Below, one piece after another: positions 33,301 through 33,452 of a DNA stretch of 33,452 bases. Within the stretch, counting starts at the first letter, position 1; the number at the start of each line of letters is the position of its first letter. Made by a program: the position numbers and the translations under genes. A model generated the notes under the pieces. The model was not told the origin of the DNA. It made no database searches and was given only the letters and a program-made list of their open reading frames with translations. The stretch comes from Sandaracinaceae bacterium. GTDB lineage: Bacteria > Myxococcota_A > Polyangia > Polyangiales > JADJQN01. The stretch is taken from NCBI GenBank assembly GCA_947483975.1, contig CANKOL010000014.1, positions 1 to 33,452 of the forward strand, given 5' to 3'.

Positions 33301-33363
33301 GTCCCACGGCGCGCCGCCGCCTGCCGTGCCGGGGGCGGTCTGTACGGGGTCGTTGGTGGCCAT
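30349..33363 (-). CDS. Receiver-domain-modulated PEP/pyruvate-binding (PPDK_N ATP-grasp) protein
   Basis: ATG at 33363 with AGGAG RBS; two receiver-like domains; GSIGGKARGLAF, PLAVRSSSLLEDS...FAGIY, KMAVLIEEVVG, EIEFAV, LQVRP; C-terminal GPGRWG...PSQAAHFF. Confidence 0.9.
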   Translation of the reverse strand: MATNDPVQTAPGTAGGGAPWDEFFHDLMPNRIREVLLVSSPYDAFILEEDGRLTDRIFTEYSELNLSNAPRITHVSSGAAAFKILKARRFDLVLTMVRLADTDASALGRHVKQQHPSMPVVLLVRSEADLAQFTDGLDETAVDHVFCWTGDARIILAIIKLVEDRLNLAHDMRAGVRAVVVVEDSIRKYSSFLSMLYAELMKQSESLVAEGLNDLHRLVRMRARPKVLLARNYEEAMARFDEYQEAIIAVISDVRFMRNGEEDPQAGFDLVAEMRARAPDLAVMMQSAEGENAKRAEALGVAYADKNSPQFLGEVRDFVKEALGFGDFVFRLPNRWEVGRARHAYELEQMLVKVPAESIAYHASRDHFSHWLTARCMFTVAKRLRTRKAEEFKGPEEIRAFIVAALADERTRQQEGAISDYSAAKRQSASAQFIRLGKGSIGGKARGLAFVGTLIARHGLAERFPGLSIRIPYSVVVPTDEFDRFIETAKILEGGWASLSEEEILKRFMGTRLSEDLRHKLRRSVAQFTGPLAVRSSSLLEDSQLQPFAGIYTTHMIPNNHPDPDERFRQLCRAIKAVWASTYSEDARSYIGRTQFSVEEEKMAVLIEEVVGQPHDGRFYPHIAGVAVSYNYYPVGHQRAEDGLAIVALGLGQTIVQGGAALQFSPSEPSVLPQFGPAEDYLRYTQKRFFALDLTNTAPELTPGGSAKEYDLRDAEADGTLALVGSVYSPDDDLIRDNLSMPGPRVVTFHNVLKWDALPLAPALAELLRLFREGFGSPVEIEFAVDAGDYGQPTPAGRARREPSLHVLQVRPQATQLLDGAVETEGFAPDRILCTTDRSLGHGVVEDVRDIVIVKRNDLQPHETPLVANQVGALNAKLMADKTPYLLIGPGRWGTSDPRLGIPVRWAQIAGAKVIVETVFQDREVEPSQAAHFFHNVTSFRIGYLTISSVDHRDDAHPRVLDEAWLSAQADVADTGEVRHIRLEKPLRILLDGRRSTATVLKPT

Positions 33364-33384
33364 GGGTACTCCTGCGGGTAGCAA

Positions 33385-33415
33385 AGCGCGCCCGGCGGTT
33401 TCCCGCGGGCGCGCT
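33385..33415. other. Perfect 10-bp inverted repeat upstream of the PPDK_N gene
   Basis: AGCGCGCCCG (33385-33394) pairs with CGGGCGCGCT (33406-33415); followed by TTGCT on the minus strand. Confidence 0.5.
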
Positions 33416-33452
33416 GGTTGATTCGAGGGTTGGGGGGGGGGGGCTAGACGAC

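Noticed and set aside
33432..33443. G12 homopolymer as a phase-variation tract
   Set aside because: It lies 9 nt from the window edge with no context, and poly-G near sequence ends is a common sequencing or assembly artefact; it cannot be supported without reads.

Overview
A very GC-rich bacterial window. Cys-rich lipoproteins with DAG repeats, RCC1 repeats and a CglD-like TSP3+vWA architecture suggest a myxobacterium of the Polyangia type (inference). About 22 genes are densely packed and no rRNA, tRNA, CRISPR or transposase was seen. The core (about 4.4-22.5 kb) is a fragmented purine/ureide catabolic locus. It holds a fused [2Fe-2S]+Moco xanthine-dehydrogenase-family enzyme, an SsnA-like amidohydrolase, an M20 N-carbamoylase, a nitrilase-family beta-ureidopropionase, a YgfK-like protein lacking its FAD/NAD(P)H module, two fold-type-II PLP enzymes, a CoxD/MoxR AAA+ ATPase and a radical SAM enzyme. 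A Mo-bisPGD oxidoreductase and a CglD-like lipoprotein interrupt the locus. My main hypothesis is a purely hydrolytic variant of the reductive (xdh/ygfK/ssnA/hyuA/ygeWXY) urate pathway. The flanks encode an RluA-family fragment, a beta-helix lipoprotein, a TPR-pseudozincin, MepA, an RCC1 lipoprotein, a PAS-GGDEF cyclase, a CysK-like enzyme, MaeB and a receiver-modulated PPDK_N protein. Small-scale oddities include a 14-bp triple repeat that forms a chain of coupled mini-ORFs before the AAA+ gene, and several leaderless-type promoters. All calls come from motif recognition only; no database searches were run.
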